From a virus (Duplodnaviria; Caudoviricetes), in the IMG/VR virus record IMGVR_UViG_3300028833_000075, positions 86,579-150,578 of that record: a stretch of DNA of 64,000 nucleotides. The stretch is one strand, 5' to 3'. Shown here in pieces: positions 20,308-30,339 of the stretch (position 1 is the first letter of the stretch; the number at the start of each line of letters is the position of its first letter). A model generated the notes under the pieces. It saw nothing but the letters and a program-made list of their open reading frames with translations, did no database searches and was not told the DNA's origin. Made by a program: the position numbers and the translations under genes.

Positions 20308-20386
20308 TTTGACTTATAGCGGTCGGTCGTATTGACTGGCCGCTTATTTTTTTATTTTCACTGCATAGTTAAAAAATATAAGGAGC

Positions 20387-21478
20387 GTGATCGATATGCT
20401 AAAAGGTAAAACACTGACTGAGCTCGCAATGGAGCTCGACCGCCAGAACCGCGAGAAGAAGGACTACTTGCTGGATACCCGCAACCTCGTAATGGATGCT
20501 GACTTTAACGGTGCTATGCTGACCATGCACGACGAGACCAATAACACAAACACGATTCTCGGAGTGAATGATATCGCCCATCAGCAGATCGGGACTGAAC
20601 TGGGTATCCCTCGTGCCTATTACGATAAGATGCGCAGGGAGAATCCTGACCTGCTCGCAGAGAATGTAAATACATGGTTCATGCAGGAACCCAAGGTTCG
20701 CATGGTACGCACCCTTGACGGCACTGCCAGAGCTTTCCTGTCTGACAGGTACCGCCGGATCGACAATTACGATATCGCACAGGAAGTCATTCCGATCCTC
20801 AGCGATCTGAACGTCAAATTTGAATCTAACGAAGTGACTGACAGCCGCATGTACATCAAAGTAGTGAACGAACGGCTTACACAGGAAGTAAAGCCAGGTG
20901 ACTATGTGCAGTCCGGCGTAATTATCACCAACTCCGAAGTCGGACTGGGCCGTGTAACCATCCAGCCGCTTCTCTACCGACTGGTCTGTACAAACGGAAT
21001 GGTCGTGAACGATATTAAGAGCGCTACTTCCCGCAGGCATGTTGGCAAGCGACTGACTGCTAATGACGGCTATGTGCTGTACGCTAACGACACTCTTCTT
21101 GCCGATGACCATGCTCTCCTTCTGAAGATTCGTGACACGATTAAAGCGGCACTGGACGAAGTTCACTTTACCAACTTGATCGAACAGATGCGTACCGCAA
21201 GTGAAGTGAAGATTGAAACTGCGCACATTCCGGAAATGGTACAACTTGCTGCTCCGCAGTTTGGCTTCACGAAGAAGGAGGGTGAGGGAATTCTCGATCA
21301 TCTGATTCGTGGAGGAGATTTGTCCATGTACGGATTTGCTAATGCTGTAACCCGCTTCGCTCAGGACGTGACCTCCTATGACAGGTCCACCGAACTGGAA
21401 GAGATCGGGTACAACATTCTGACAATGCCTGAACGTACCTGGAGAACCCTTCAGAATATCGAAACCTCTGTTGCTTGA
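20387..21478 (+). CDS. DUF932/DUF945-like protein
   Basis: ARAFLSDRYRRIDN, NSEVG, RLVCTNGM motifs. Confidence 0.75.
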   Translation: MIDMLKGKTLTELAMELDRQNREKKDYLLDTRNLVMDADFNGAMLTMHDETNNTNTILGVNDIAHQQIGTELGIPRAYYDKMRRENPDLLAENVNTWFMQEPKVRMVRTLDGTARAFLSDRYRRIDNYDIAQEVIPILSDLNVKFESNEVTDSRMYIKVVNERLTQEVKPGDYVQSGVIITNSEVGLGRVTIQPLLYRLVCTNGMVVNDIKSATSRRHVGKRLTANDGYVLYANDTLLADDHALLLKIRDTIKAALDEVHFTNLIEQMRTASEVKIETAHIPEMVQLAAPQFGFTKKEGEGILDHLIRGGDLSMYGFANAVTRFAQDVTSYDRSTELEEIGYNILTMPERTWRTLQNIETSVA

Positions 21479-21556
21479 TTTACTGGCTGCCCCTTTACTG
21501 GGGTAGCCTTTTTTTAGCCAGTGCTTACGCACTGTTTTGCTTTTTGGTAGTTCACC

Positions 21557-21652
21557 CTTTCCCCATTACGTGATTTTTCGAATGGTCCAACCAGATTCGA
21601 CAATGTACAATTTGGTGGGGACATTCGAAAATTTGCGTATAGGGAAAAAGAA
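21557..21652. promoter_or_regulatory. back-to-back inverted pair of the conserved ~40-bp motif
   Basis: minus copy 21557-21593 and plus copy 21613-21652. Confidence 0.55.
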
Positions 21653-21669
21653 AAAGGAGGAGCTGCAAA

Positions 21670-21966
21670 TTGGAAACTTGTTTTAATTATTGCGATCCAA
21701 ACAAAGGATTTTTCAGTTCCGATGAACGAAAATGGATCACCCGGATAAAAAAGCTGATTAAAGAGTACCCGAACGAAATACGTGTTATTGCTATGCCTGA
21801 AACAAACGACGGCTGTATTTATGTACAACTGCCGACAGAGTGGCTGAAGATCCAGCCTAAACGTGAAGGACGGAAGATGACAGAAGAACAGCGTGCTGTG
21901 GCAACAGAACGACTGGCTCTTGCACGCGAAAAGAAAAAGCTGACGGAATCTTCTTCTGAAGTATAG
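21670..21966 (+). CDS. hypothetical phage protein
   Basis: AAGGAGG RBS, TTG start. Confidence 0.65.
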   Translation: METCFNYCDPNKGFFSSDERKWITRIKKLIKEYPNEIRVIAMPETNDGCIYVQLPTEWLKIQPKREGRKMTEEQRAVATERLALAREKKKLTESSSEV

Positions 21967-22394
21967 TGAAACACTGTAAAACTTTCTTCAATTTCGCGTT
22001 CCAGGACTTCGGACGATAATTTATTCATCCAAGAGTCTGAAGAGGCTAATTTAATTATTTTTTTACAGTCAATTAATAGACTCCCCCGCAAGGGGGAATT
22101 AAGTCGCTTAACAGAAGCCGTACAGAGATACGGAGCGGGTGCAACTCCTGCGAGCGGCTCCATACATCCTGAGAGACTGAAGCTTAACAGAATCGCTGGC
22201 TGAGCAAGCCCGTCGTGTTGGACATGCGGCGACGTTAAAATCCCACCTCCTTTCTGTGCAAGGAATACATTTCTGTTTTGTAAACAGTCGGCTCTTCTTC
22301 TCGGACTGAAATCTGTCGCAGGCTAGTATTCCTGAGCGGTGCAAGTTGGGGATCTTTTGTACAAGATAGTTCAGTTAATCTGGAAGAGCAATAT

Positions 22395-22472
22395 GCACCC
22401 TTAGCTAAGTTGGTCGTAGCGGCGGCCTTATAAGCCGTGTCATTCAGCTGGGTTCGAGTCCCAGAGGGTGTA
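22395..22472 (+). tRNA. tRNA-Ile(TAT)
   Basis: acceptor GCACCCT/AGGGTGT; anticodon arm GCGGC-CTTATAA-GCCGT; T arm CTGGG-TTCGAGT-CCCAG. Confidence 0.8.
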
Positions 22473-22559
22473 CATACCGTCACATCCTTGCGGTATATAA
22501 ATATGGGTGTCGGCAAGCAGGGCCAAACTGCTGCAGGTATGGTAATCAGGCATACCAAA

Positions 22560-22664
22560 ATACGAGTGGCGGAATAGGTGTAGACGCTGCGCGAGGTTGG
22601 TGACATTTTGCCATTAAATTGAGCGGGTAGCCAACTATGTGAGGTGCAAATCCTCACCTCGTAT
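22560..22664 (+). ncRNA. tRNA-like element, copy 1 of 6
   Basis: acceptor ATACGAG/CTCGTAT, D arm TGGCGGAATAGGTGTAGACGC, T arm GTGAG-GTGCAAAT-CCTCAC; no anticodon arm. Confidence 0.65.
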
Positions 22665-22669
22665 CTTAT

Positions 22670-22741
22670 GGGGCATTAACGCAATGGTAGCGTATCTGCT
22701 TTGCAAGCAGAAGGTTAAGGGTTCGAGTCCCTTATGCTCCA
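22670..22741 (+). tRNA. tRNA-Ala(TGC)
   Basis: GGGGCAT/ATGCTCC with G3:U70; TCTGC-TTTGCAA-GCAGA. Confidence 0.9.
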
Positions 22742-23122
22742 CGACAGGAGAGTGTGTTCAGGAAGCACAAAGACTGCAGTGGAACTCTGCAGCTTCTGTT
22801 TATTTTAAACCGAGTGTCTGGGGCAGAACTACATATCCTCAGCCGAAACGCACAAATACTCTTGCCCAGTGTAGGGGTAGGTGATCGGAGCCACGCGGTG
22901 GGCCGACACAAAGAAGAGAGTTGCCGGGTTTACATTCCTGCGGTTTACCGGCGAACCTTTCTGTGGAGTCAAAACGAATATGAAGTAGTAAGACAGTGAA
23001 GCAGAAAGATCGGGTAAGCTCCGATATGTCTTATAAATAGCTCAGCAGGATTTATAAGATGAACAGCACAGCTTGGGTTGATAATTATGGCTGACGTTGC
23101 CGACTACGACAGTGTCGGTCTT

Positions 23123-23196
23123 CGAGGTGTAGCGCAGCTTGGTAGCGCACCTGATTTGGGATCAGGGGGTCGCAGGTTCAAATCCTGTCGCCTCGA
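23123..23196 (+). tRNA. tRNA-Pro(TGG)
   Basis: CGAGGTG/CGCCTCG; CCTGA-TTTGGGA-TCAGG. Confidence 0.92.
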
Positions 23197-23307
23197 CTGT
23201 AACCGCCGATGAGTGTCGTACATCTTGGCCAGTCTTGCAAAAGCAAGTGGGCGGTATATAAATCGAACTCCTTATCTATGTGTAGGTACGACTGCACATA
23301 GCTGTAT

Positions 23308-23390
23308 GCGGATATGACGGAATCGGCAGACGTTCGAGACTTAAAATCTCGTGCTCCATGAGCGTGTGGGTTCAAGTCCCACTATCCGCA
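23308..23390 (+). tRNA. tRNA-Leu(TAA)
   Basis: GCGGATA/TATCCGC; CGAGA-CTTAAAA-TCTCG; long variable arm. Confidence 0.9.
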
Positions 23391-23704
23391 CTTTCCCTTG
23401 CAGAAACTCCATGACTGCTTATTATCAAGGCCGTCATTTATATATAATAATATAATTAAACTTGTTTATCTTTTTGAGCAACAGAATGTATTATTATTAC
23501 ACTTCTTACATGACGTTGTAGTTACTTAATTGGTGTTACTATCACTTCCCATGTTAATGACAATGTTTGTTACTAAAGTTTCTGAATATACAAATGATTG
23601 GATTTCCAAAAGAATATTTAAGTTAAATATGTTACTACTACGGAGATGTTACAAGATTGGTATTGTTACTAAATGTATATTTATAATAATAAGCGTGAAA
23701 GGAT

Positions 23705-23944
23705 ATGAACGACATGCTGTGGACTGACATAAACACAACGACTCCCCCTGAAGGCATACCTGTACTAATTCTATTTACCGAACAGTCTGATGCATACGCA
23801 AGCGATGTGGCGTATTTCTGTGACGGCTCGTTCTACAACCTCAAACTGGATCCTAATCTCGGAGTGCTCCGCAAGGAGCATGTAAACAATGCTGTTAAAT
23901 ACTGGACAACTATCCCTCCTGTTATCGATCTTAAGACAGATTGA
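23705..23944 (+). CDS. small phage protein (DUF551-like)
   Basis: W....PPEG.PVL ... VKYWTTIP pattern. Confidence 0.55.
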   Translation: MNDMLWTDINTTTPPEGIPVLILFTEQSDAYASDVAYFCDGSFYNLKLDPNLGVLRKEHVNNAVKYWTTIPPVIDLKTD

Positions 23945-23989
23945 GAAGATATACATATAAATCAGCCGGTAGTGACAGGACGATAAAGC

Positions 23990-24490
23990 AAACTTATTAA
24001 AATTCTTTTCTTTATTATATATTATATTATATTATAAAGAAAGAATTCTAATTTATGTTCAATAAACTTACTTTAAATAATATTATTATCTTTATCTTAA
24101 CTGTTATTATTGAATAACTAACGTATTATTATTACCTCTGTATTTCAAATACTGTTTTTAAATAACTGACGTATTTATATTACCTCTGTAGTTTAACTAC
24201 TTTATTTGGATTACAGAGGTTATTTTTATTACCGTAATATTTCAATGACTGGTTTTATTATATTGTGTCAATTAAATTAGTGATTATTTTTTGTATTTGA
24301 GTAATGGAGGTAATAGAATAATTCTACCACCGTTATTAATAATTCTACCACCGTTATTATTCAAATTTTATGAAGGTAATAGAGTAATTCTATACCACTG
24401 TTATTATTCAAATAATGGAGATAATAGAATAATTCTACTTACTTACCACAATAAAATAATTCTACTACCGTTATTATTTAAAGAATGACT
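23990..24490. other. AT-rich region with iteron-like repeats, putative replication origin
   Basis: AATAATTCTACCACCGTTATT tandem at 24317/24338 with variants near 24384 and 24455; TAACTRACGTATT..TATTACCTCTGTA at about 24114 and 24163. Confidence 0.5.
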
Positions 24491-24525
24491 GAAATTAAAA
24501 AATATACAGCCGCCGGGAGGAAAAA

Positions 24526-24735
24526 ATGCAATACTATTTCTTTAAAGGATACGACAACAAGAACAATGCTGTTGTTGCGTATATCGAAAGATACGGAGAG
24601 GATAACGGAAGAATAATTATCGAATACGGAGACAGAACAACAAAAGTATTTTCAGAACAGAGATACGGATTCGATACTTACGAAGCATATAAAACATTAA
24701 TAGCGAATGGATATAGAGATTTATACTTAATGTAA
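24526..24735 (+). CDS. hypothetical protein
   Basis: GGGAGG RBS, 69 aa. Confidence 0.6.
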   Translation: MQYYFFKGYDNKNNAVVAYIERYGEDNGRIIIEYGDRTTKVFSEQRYGFDTYEAYKTLIANGYRDLYLM

Positions 24736-24844
24736 GTTCAGCCGCAAAATAAATTCAGCCGCCGTTAGGCGACTGTTTCTTTATCTACAGCTATTATACC
24801 TTAAAAAGCCTTATTTTACAATACTTGAAAGGAAAAAGAATATT

Positions 24845-25030
24845 ATGCTTAAATTTACAGACTATTCTTCTCCGGACGGACACACATATCTTAAATGCAA
24901 AACATGTAAACAAGAATTCTATATTGTTTCTGCCGCCGTATACTACAAGACAGTTTATTACTGTCCTTACTGCGGAGATCCCGCTAACAAGAAAAAGAAG
25001 ATTAAAGACAGACAAGAAGAAGATTATTAA
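24845..25030 (+). CDS. small Zn-ribbon protein
   Basis: CKTC...CPYCG. Confidence 0.6.
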   Translation: MLKFTDYSSPDGHTYLKCKTCKQEFYIVSAAVYYKTVYYCPYCGDPANKKKKIKDRQEEDY

Positions 25031-25286
25031 ACAATTATATTTCGTAAAGAAAGTAGAAAAATAGGATGCAGGAAAAAGACTTAATCGGAAAGACACTTGC
25101 AAATATAGAGATCGACGGCTTTGGAGTTGAAATGCTGTTTACCGACGGAACTATGTTTATATACGACTCCTCAGACGGTGGATACTCAACCTGGACTATT
25201 TCAAAACAGCAAACAGAACACGATTAACGACACAACAAGAACTGATTCTGCGCTAACGATAAAAGCAAGAAAGGTCAATAAAGTAA

Positions 25287-25586
25287 ATGGACATGGAGAA
25301 AATTATCAAAGGGTTAGAATGTTGTCTTGGCTATAACGATTGCGATGTTGAGCCAAATGAAGATTGCCCATATAAAGGGATGTGCCTATGTGCAATAGCT
25401 CTTCGTTTTGATGTCATCGCTTTGCTGAAAGAGCAGAATACGGTTGTCCGGTGCAAGGACTGCAAGATATCGAAACTGGAAAAAGTATTTAAAAATATTC
25501 CGACATCAACAGAAACAGTGAGATGGTGCGAATTGATAAATCAGTATGTTGACGATAATTGGTTCTGCGCTGACGGGGAAAGGTGA
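25287..25586 (+). CDS. Cys-rich phage protein (VRCKDCK...WFCADGE paralog 1)
   Basis: shared C-terminal module with 25896 and 26224. Confidence 0.65.
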   Translation: MDMEKIIKGLECCLGYNDCDVEPNEDCPYKGMCLCAIALRFDVIALLKEQNTVVRCKDCKISKLEKVFKNIPTSTETVRWCELINQYVDDNWFCADGER

Positions 25587-25861
25587 TGGAGCAAATGAAG
25601 AAGATTACTTTTCTTGTGTTAATGATAATCCTGCTGCTGATGTTATGCGGTTGCGACACGATGAGCAAAATAGGTGACAAGTCATATGAGAATAAAGCCG
25701 AAAGAACCAGATTTATAAAAATTGAAACCTATGACAATTGTGGAAGTATTCTTGTAGACAGTGAAACGAACATCGAATACTGGATGTCAGAAGGTATATA
25801 TAATCGTGGGACATTGACACTGCTCGTTGATGAAAGCGGAAAACCAAAGGTAAGAAAATAG
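25583..25861 (+). CDS. putative lipoprotein
   Basis: hydrophobic stretch plus lipobox LCGC. Confidence 0.6.
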   Translation: MMEQMKKITFLVLMIILLLMLCGCDTMSKIGDKSYENKAERTRFIKIETYDNCGSILVDSETNIEYWMSEGIYNRGTLTLLVDESGKPKVRK

Positions 25862-25895
25862 GGGTATTGTGAACAAGGAAGGTCGGTGAAGTGGA

Positions 25896-26216
25896 ATGGA
25901 TATTGATATTGTTAAACGATTTATTTACGGGGCAAAAGAAGCCTACAAGAAAGTGGACAATCATTCATATAATTTTCCGATCACCATTGAAAGTGCGTAC
26001 AGGCTTGCAACAAATATCGAGACACTGCTGAAAGAGCAGGACAACTGTGAAAATTGTGCCATTGCTATTGAAGACAGACAGCCAGTTGTCAGGTGCAAGG
26101 ATTGCAAATGGTGGCATGAATCAAAAACCAACAACGGATTTGGAGATTGCGGGCAGGCAAACGGAATCACATTGAAACCATCTGACTGGTTTTGTGCTGA
26201 CGGGAAAAGAAGGTGA
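25896..26216 (+). CDS. Cys-rich phage protein (paralog 2)
   Basis: VVRCKDCK...DWFCADGK. Confidence 0.65.
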   Translation: MDIDIVKRFIYGAKEAYKKVDNHSYNFPITIESAYRLATNIETLLKEQDNCENCAIAIEDRQPVVRCKDCKWWHESKTNNGFGDCGQANGITLKPSDWFCADGKRR

Positions 26217-26223
26217 AGTGGTG

Positions 26224-26478
26224 ATGAGCGAAACACGGTTAAAACGCAAGGTGGAATTCATTGAGTCTTACTGGACTGGTGGCGAACTTGGATCAGATTA
26301 TCAGTGGAATGATAATCACGGAGAACTAATCCGGTGCAAAGATTGCAAACATGGTTGTGGTAGAGAGCATGGAATGTATTTCCAATTTATCGAATGTGAA
26401 AAAACTGGCGCATTTCACAAGGAAGATTGGTTCTGTGCGGATGGAGAACACAAGGAAGATGAAAGTAAGGATGACTAA
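26224..26478 (+). CDS. Cys-rich phage protein (paralog 3)
   Basis: LIRCKDCK...DWFCADGE. Confidence 0.65.
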   Translation: MSETRLKRKVEFIESYWTGGELGSDYQWNDNHGELIRCKDCKHGCGREHGMYFQFIECEKTGAFHKEDWFCADGEHKEDESKDD

Positions 26479-26818
26479 TCAGGAAGCAATTAACATGATC
26501 CGCAACGACATGAAGCTGCATCACGATTATTTAAGCGGAACATATAGAAAAGCTTTAAACATGGCAATTAGCGCTCTTGAAAATTCAATTCCAGTCGAAC
26601 CTGTAGAAAATCCTAATCTTATTCGAGGCGGCTGGATTGGAAGAGAGGCCGAATGCTGCGGAAAATGTGGTAATAACCTTCGGTTTCTTGCTAAATTTTG
26701 CGATAAATGCGGTACACCTGTAAAACGACAGGACATAGAAAGTATTAATCGATCAGCTTACAGAAGAACAAATAACACAAATCAAAAGAGAGCTTCAGGA
26801 AATTCAGAAATTAAGTAA
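26471..26818 (+). CDS. Zn-ribbon phage protein
   Basis: MTNQEAI...CGKCG...FCDKCG. Confidence 0.6.
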   Translation: MTNQEAINMIRNDMKLHHDYLSGTYRKALNMAISALENSIPVEPVENPNLIRGGWIGREAECCGKCGNNLRFLAKFCDKCGTPVKRQDIESINRSAYRRTNNTNQKRASGNSEIK

Positions 26819-26922
26819 ATCATCTATACATTACGATATCTCAATGGTTAATAAAATTCTGGATATTATCAAGAAATATAAGAAACAGAAACAATTTTTA
26901 TTAGAAAAGCCAGAGGAATAAA

Positions 26923-27144
26923 ATGTTTACTAAGCCGGAATTAAAACCTTGCCCATTTTGCGGATCCACAAAGATTGAGCTCGAATATTACGACAAACCT
27001 GCTCCTTATTGGCAAATTTGCTGTAACAATTGCGGTGCATGTACCAGAAGAGAATATGTTAAATACGAATATGTAAATCAAGCTTTCGAAAGCATCGCAA
27101 ACACTATTGAAAAAGTAGTAAACGACTGGAATAAAAGAGTTTAA
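26923..27144 (+). CDS. Lar-family (restriction alleviation-like) Zn-ribbon protein
   Basis: ELKPCPFCG...CNNCGA...WNKR. Confidence 0.7.
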   Translation: MFTKPELKPCPFCGSTKIELEYYDKPAPYWQICCNNCGACTRREYVKYEYVNQAFESIANTIEKVVNDWNKRV

Positions 27145-27366
27145 GCAGCCGAAGAAAAGTTCTCTGCGTTGTTGAACAAATCCTCCGGCTTGCGCCTGCT
27201 TAGGAGAGATGCCTTATGCCTACCCCAGACACTGTTCTTAATGTTTTCTTTTGCAATGTGGGAGCCGTACTTTACATTCTTACGTTGCTTTTTCTTATCG
27301 GATACATCTGTTGCAAACTTCTCAACTGGATTGCACGCAAAATCAAAAATTACGGAGATGAATAAA

Positions 27367-27708
27367 ATGAATATTATTGTTGCAGGCGGCAGGGATTTCA
27401 ACAATTATGATCTTTTATCTGTTACTCTCGATCGAATGTTTAAAAATATAAACCCTGTCATTGTTTGCGGAGAAGCTAGAGGCGCAGACTTACTTGGAAG
27501 ACGGTATGCTATAGAGCATAACCTGTCAATTCTGTCTTATCCTGCCAACTGGTCTCTTGGAAAAAGAGCAGGATTTATCCGAAACGAAGCAATGGCTAAA
27601 GTAGCAAACGGTTTAATTGCTTTCTGGGACGGAAAGTCGCATGGAACTAAACATATGATTGAAACTATGCAGAAACTTAATAAGCCAGTACGAATTATAA
27701 GATATTGA
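27367..27708 (+). CDS. SLOG / DUF2493 (YspA-like) protein
   Basis: IIVAGGRDF, GEARGAD, AGFIRN, AFWDGKSHGT. Confidence 0.85.
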   Translation: MNIIVAGGRDFNNYDLLSVTLDRMFKNINPVIVCGEARGADLLGRRYAIEHNLSILSYPANWSLGKRAGFIRNEAMAKVANGLIAFWDGKSHGTKHMIETMQKLNKPVRIIRY

Positions 27709-27992
27709 GGCGCTATATGTGTTATAAAACAAAACAGATTTTCTTCTGTATCGAAAAAGTTAAAGACATGCTTGATTATATCCACCCTGGCAATAACTGG
27801 AGAATCACATACGACATCCCGGAAAACGTGACGCTTACAGACTGGGATAAACAGTATCATAAACTGTTTGATAAAGAAGATTATTTCTTCATCTGGGAAG
27901 GCAATAAACTATTATATACAGTCAACGTGACTGGAGACAGCACATTAACAGCAATCCATGAACTGTTTACTAAACTTGCGGCTAAATTCTAA
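27705..27992 (+). CDS. hypothetical protein
   Basis: operonic ORF. Confidence 0.55.
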   Translation: MRRYMCYKTKQIFFCIEKVKDMLDYIHPGNNWRITYDIPENVTLTDWDKQYHKLFDKEDYFFIWEGNKLLYTVNVTGDSTLTAIHELFTKLAAKF

Positions 27993-28001
27993 GGAGGAAA
28001 T

Positions 28002-28499
28002 ATGCCTAATTGGTGCGAAGGAAATCTTCGAATCCGCGGAACAAAAAAGAATATTGAAAACTTTCTGAAAAATGAAATTGTTTATGTAGTTCAGGACAAA
28101 AATGAATTTGGAAACTACATAGAAAAAACTCCTAATTTTGAAGAGGTTGAACACTATCTTACTATTTACGATTATAATGCTCATGACACCTACTACATTC
28201 GTAATACTCGCAGAAATTTCTTCTTTACAAACCAAATTGAAATTTACTGGCCAGATGAGGAAGATAACGGTGAAACGATCATTGTTCTTGACAATTACAA
28301 TGTAGCCTGGAGTTTTAAAGAGCAAGGATGGGCAGAACATGCAACAAGATACAATCTGGATTTTCGTATGTTTGGATTCGAGCGCGGTGGACAGTTTTCT
28401 CAGATCATGACCGTTGCCAGAAACGGCGATCTCAACATCGAAACAAAAGAATACAACGACTGGAATTGGGAATGTCCATTCCCAAATATGGGAGGCTAA
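28002..28499 (+). CDS. hypothetical phage protein (MPNWC family)
   Basis: MPNWCEGNLRIRG N-terminus; AAGGAGG RBS. Confidence 0.65.
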   Translation: MPNWCEGNLRIRGTKKNIENFLKNEIVYVVQDKNEFGNYIEKTPNFEEVEHYLTIYDYNAHDTYYIRNTRRNFFFTNQIEIYWPDEEDNGETIIVLDNYNVAWSFKEQGWAEHATRYNLDFRMFGFERGGQFSQIMTVARNGDLNIETKEYNDWNWECPFPNMGG

Positions 28500-28795
28500 A
28501 ATGATTAAAGTAAGATTATATTTTAATGACCTGACCAAAGAGCGGCAGGAAAAAATTATTGAAGTCTTTGGTGACAATTGCAACTGGGATGTTTTCCCGA
28601 TTTGTGAACTGGAAATTGAAAGCGATAAAGATGCTATCATCGACAGCTTTATTTTTGACGGAGAATAAACATGAAACTTTATGGAGCTCAAATATCTCAG
28701 AAATACATTGAATACAAAGATAAGAAAAAGAGACACATAAGGTATCCTCGATCTGTTAATTATCCTTATGAAGCAAAATACGGAGGAAAAAAATA

Positions 28796-29251
28796 ATGGG
28801 CCTTGATATGTTTTTAAACAAAGTTAAAAGGGAAGAAATTGCATACTGGCGTAAAGCTAACGCGATTCATGCGTGGTTTGTGCGCAACTGTGCCGACGGC
28901 GAATTGGAAAACTGTCAGGATTGTTCTGTAAGCAAGGATGATCTTATTAAGCTTAGGGAAACTTGCCAGACAGTTTTGAAGTCGTCTAAGCTTGTTTACA
29001 AAGAAGTTCCTGTCCGTGAATATGATAACGATAAGAAAGATTTTGTCGAAACCAAGAAACTGATGAAGGTTCTCGACAATCCAAGCGTAGCAGAAGAGCT
29101 CCTTCCGACTCAAAGCGGATTCTTCTTCGGTTCGACAATTTACGGCGAAAACTATGTAGAAGATCTTGAAGAAACCGTAAAACAGATTACGGAAATACTG
29201 GAAGATACAAATTTTGATGAATGGGATATTGTTTACTGCGCCTGGTGGTAA
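28796..29251 (+). CDS. conserved phage protein (MGLDM family)
   Basis: MGLDMFL, YWRKANAIHAWF, LLPTQSGFFFGS, Y.AWW. Confidence 0.7.
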   Translation: MGLDMFLNKVKREEIAYWRKANAIHAWFVRNCADGELENCQDCSVSKDDLIKLRETCQTVLKSSKLVYKEVPVREYDNDKKDFVETKKLMKVLDNPSVAEELLPTQSGFFFGSTIYGENYVEDLEETVKQITEILEDTNFDEWDIVYCAWW

Positions 29252-29299
29252 CAACCCTCGCATAAGCGAGGTTCGACCAATGCTTTAAGGGAGTACTTC

Positions 29300-29578
29300 A
29301 TGCCTTCGTTAAAACTTATTTACGATAAAATCCGAGCCGGTGAAATATTTGGCAAAATTGATAAACATCGGCTCGGAGGTTCTTATTTCTGGGACGTTTT
29401 GTGGATTGAAAATGGATTTATTCATTGGCGAAACTATGGTTCAAGCGCAAATAAAATAAGCTTGAAAAATTTAAAATGGATTATTGAAAATATTTTCAAA
29501 ACAACCGCTGAACAGTTCTTGTTCGACTACACAACCTATAACGAATGGAAAAGGATAAATCAATATTACAAATGCTGA
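29300..29578 (+). CDS. hypothetical protein
   Basis: GGGAG RBS. Confidence 0.55.
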   Translation: MPSLKLIYDKIRAGEIFGKIDKHRLGGSYFWDVLWIENGFIHWRNYGSSANKISLKNLKWIIENIFKTTAEQFLFDYTTYNEWKRINQYYKC

Positions 29579-29590
29579 AAGGAGATTAAA

Positions 29591-30133
29591 GTGCAGTACG
29601 AAACAATTAAAGACGCCTGCAGAGAATGGGTTAACGGTTTTAATGCAATTCCGCAGTCTGCTTTGGAGAAAATTGTTTCTTATGAAGGATGGGAATCCGT
29701 AAAAGAAATCACTCCTATTCATAAATACAGCAGAGTCAGAGTTGTTTATGATGAATGGGCCGGAGAAGAAGGAGAAATCGTTAAAACCAACTGCGACGGC
29801 GAAGCAGATTTATATGCCGTGAAGCTGGATTCTATTCCAGATGACCCTAAGATTATCAGCGAAGACTGCCTTGAATTAATTAATACTGACGAAGATTATT
29901 TCCCAATGTGGTCTACCCTATGGACATTCGGAGAGAGAATTGACGAAGAATGGCTGACTGGTAAATATGGAAAATCACATCTGCAGGAAGTTGCAGATCT
30001 TGGTTTCCGAATTTATGAGTCTGATGACTTTGGAATTCTCTTGGGAATCGATGGTGCTGGATACGATTTTTACGAGGCTCACTGGATTCCTCTTTACAAG
30101 CTTCGTGGATTGCGGTGGCATAAGGAGGATTAA
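29591..30133 (+). CDS. hypothetical phage protein
   Basis: C-terminal GIDGAGYDFYEAHWIPLY; GGAG RBS. Confidence 0.7.
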   Translation: MQYETIKDACREWVNGFNAIPQSALEKIVSYEGWESVKEITPIHKYSRVRVVYDEWAGEEGEIVKTNCDGEADLYAVKLDSIPDDPKIISEDCLELINTDEDYFPMWSTLWTFGERIDEEWLTGKYGKSHLQEVADLGFRIYESDDFGILLGIDGAGYDFYEAHWIPLYKLRGLRWHKED

Positions 30134-30135
30134 TA

Positions 30136-30339
30136 ATGTGGTGGGAATTGTGCGATGGAAGCTCTGAATATCTTACCGACCTGTGGGGAAATGGAGACGC
30201 AAGCTGGCAGGCTGCCAAAAGTTACTTTCAAAACAAAGGATACTACGGAAAGTTCCTGCTGATCCATCGTGCAAGGAATGGAAATTTCCGGCTGTATCAA
30301 ATTGATATTAAAAAGGAGTCGCAAAATGACAAGCACTGA
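30136..30339 (+). CDS. hypothetical protein
   Basis: AAGGAGG RBS. Confidence 0.55.
   Translation: MWWELCDGSSEYLTDLWGNGDASWQAAKSYFQNKGYYGKFLLIHRARNGNFRLYQIDIKKESQNDKH

Noticed and set aside
20399-21532. 377-aa minus-strand ORF
   Set aside because: Antisense shadow of the DUF932-like gene
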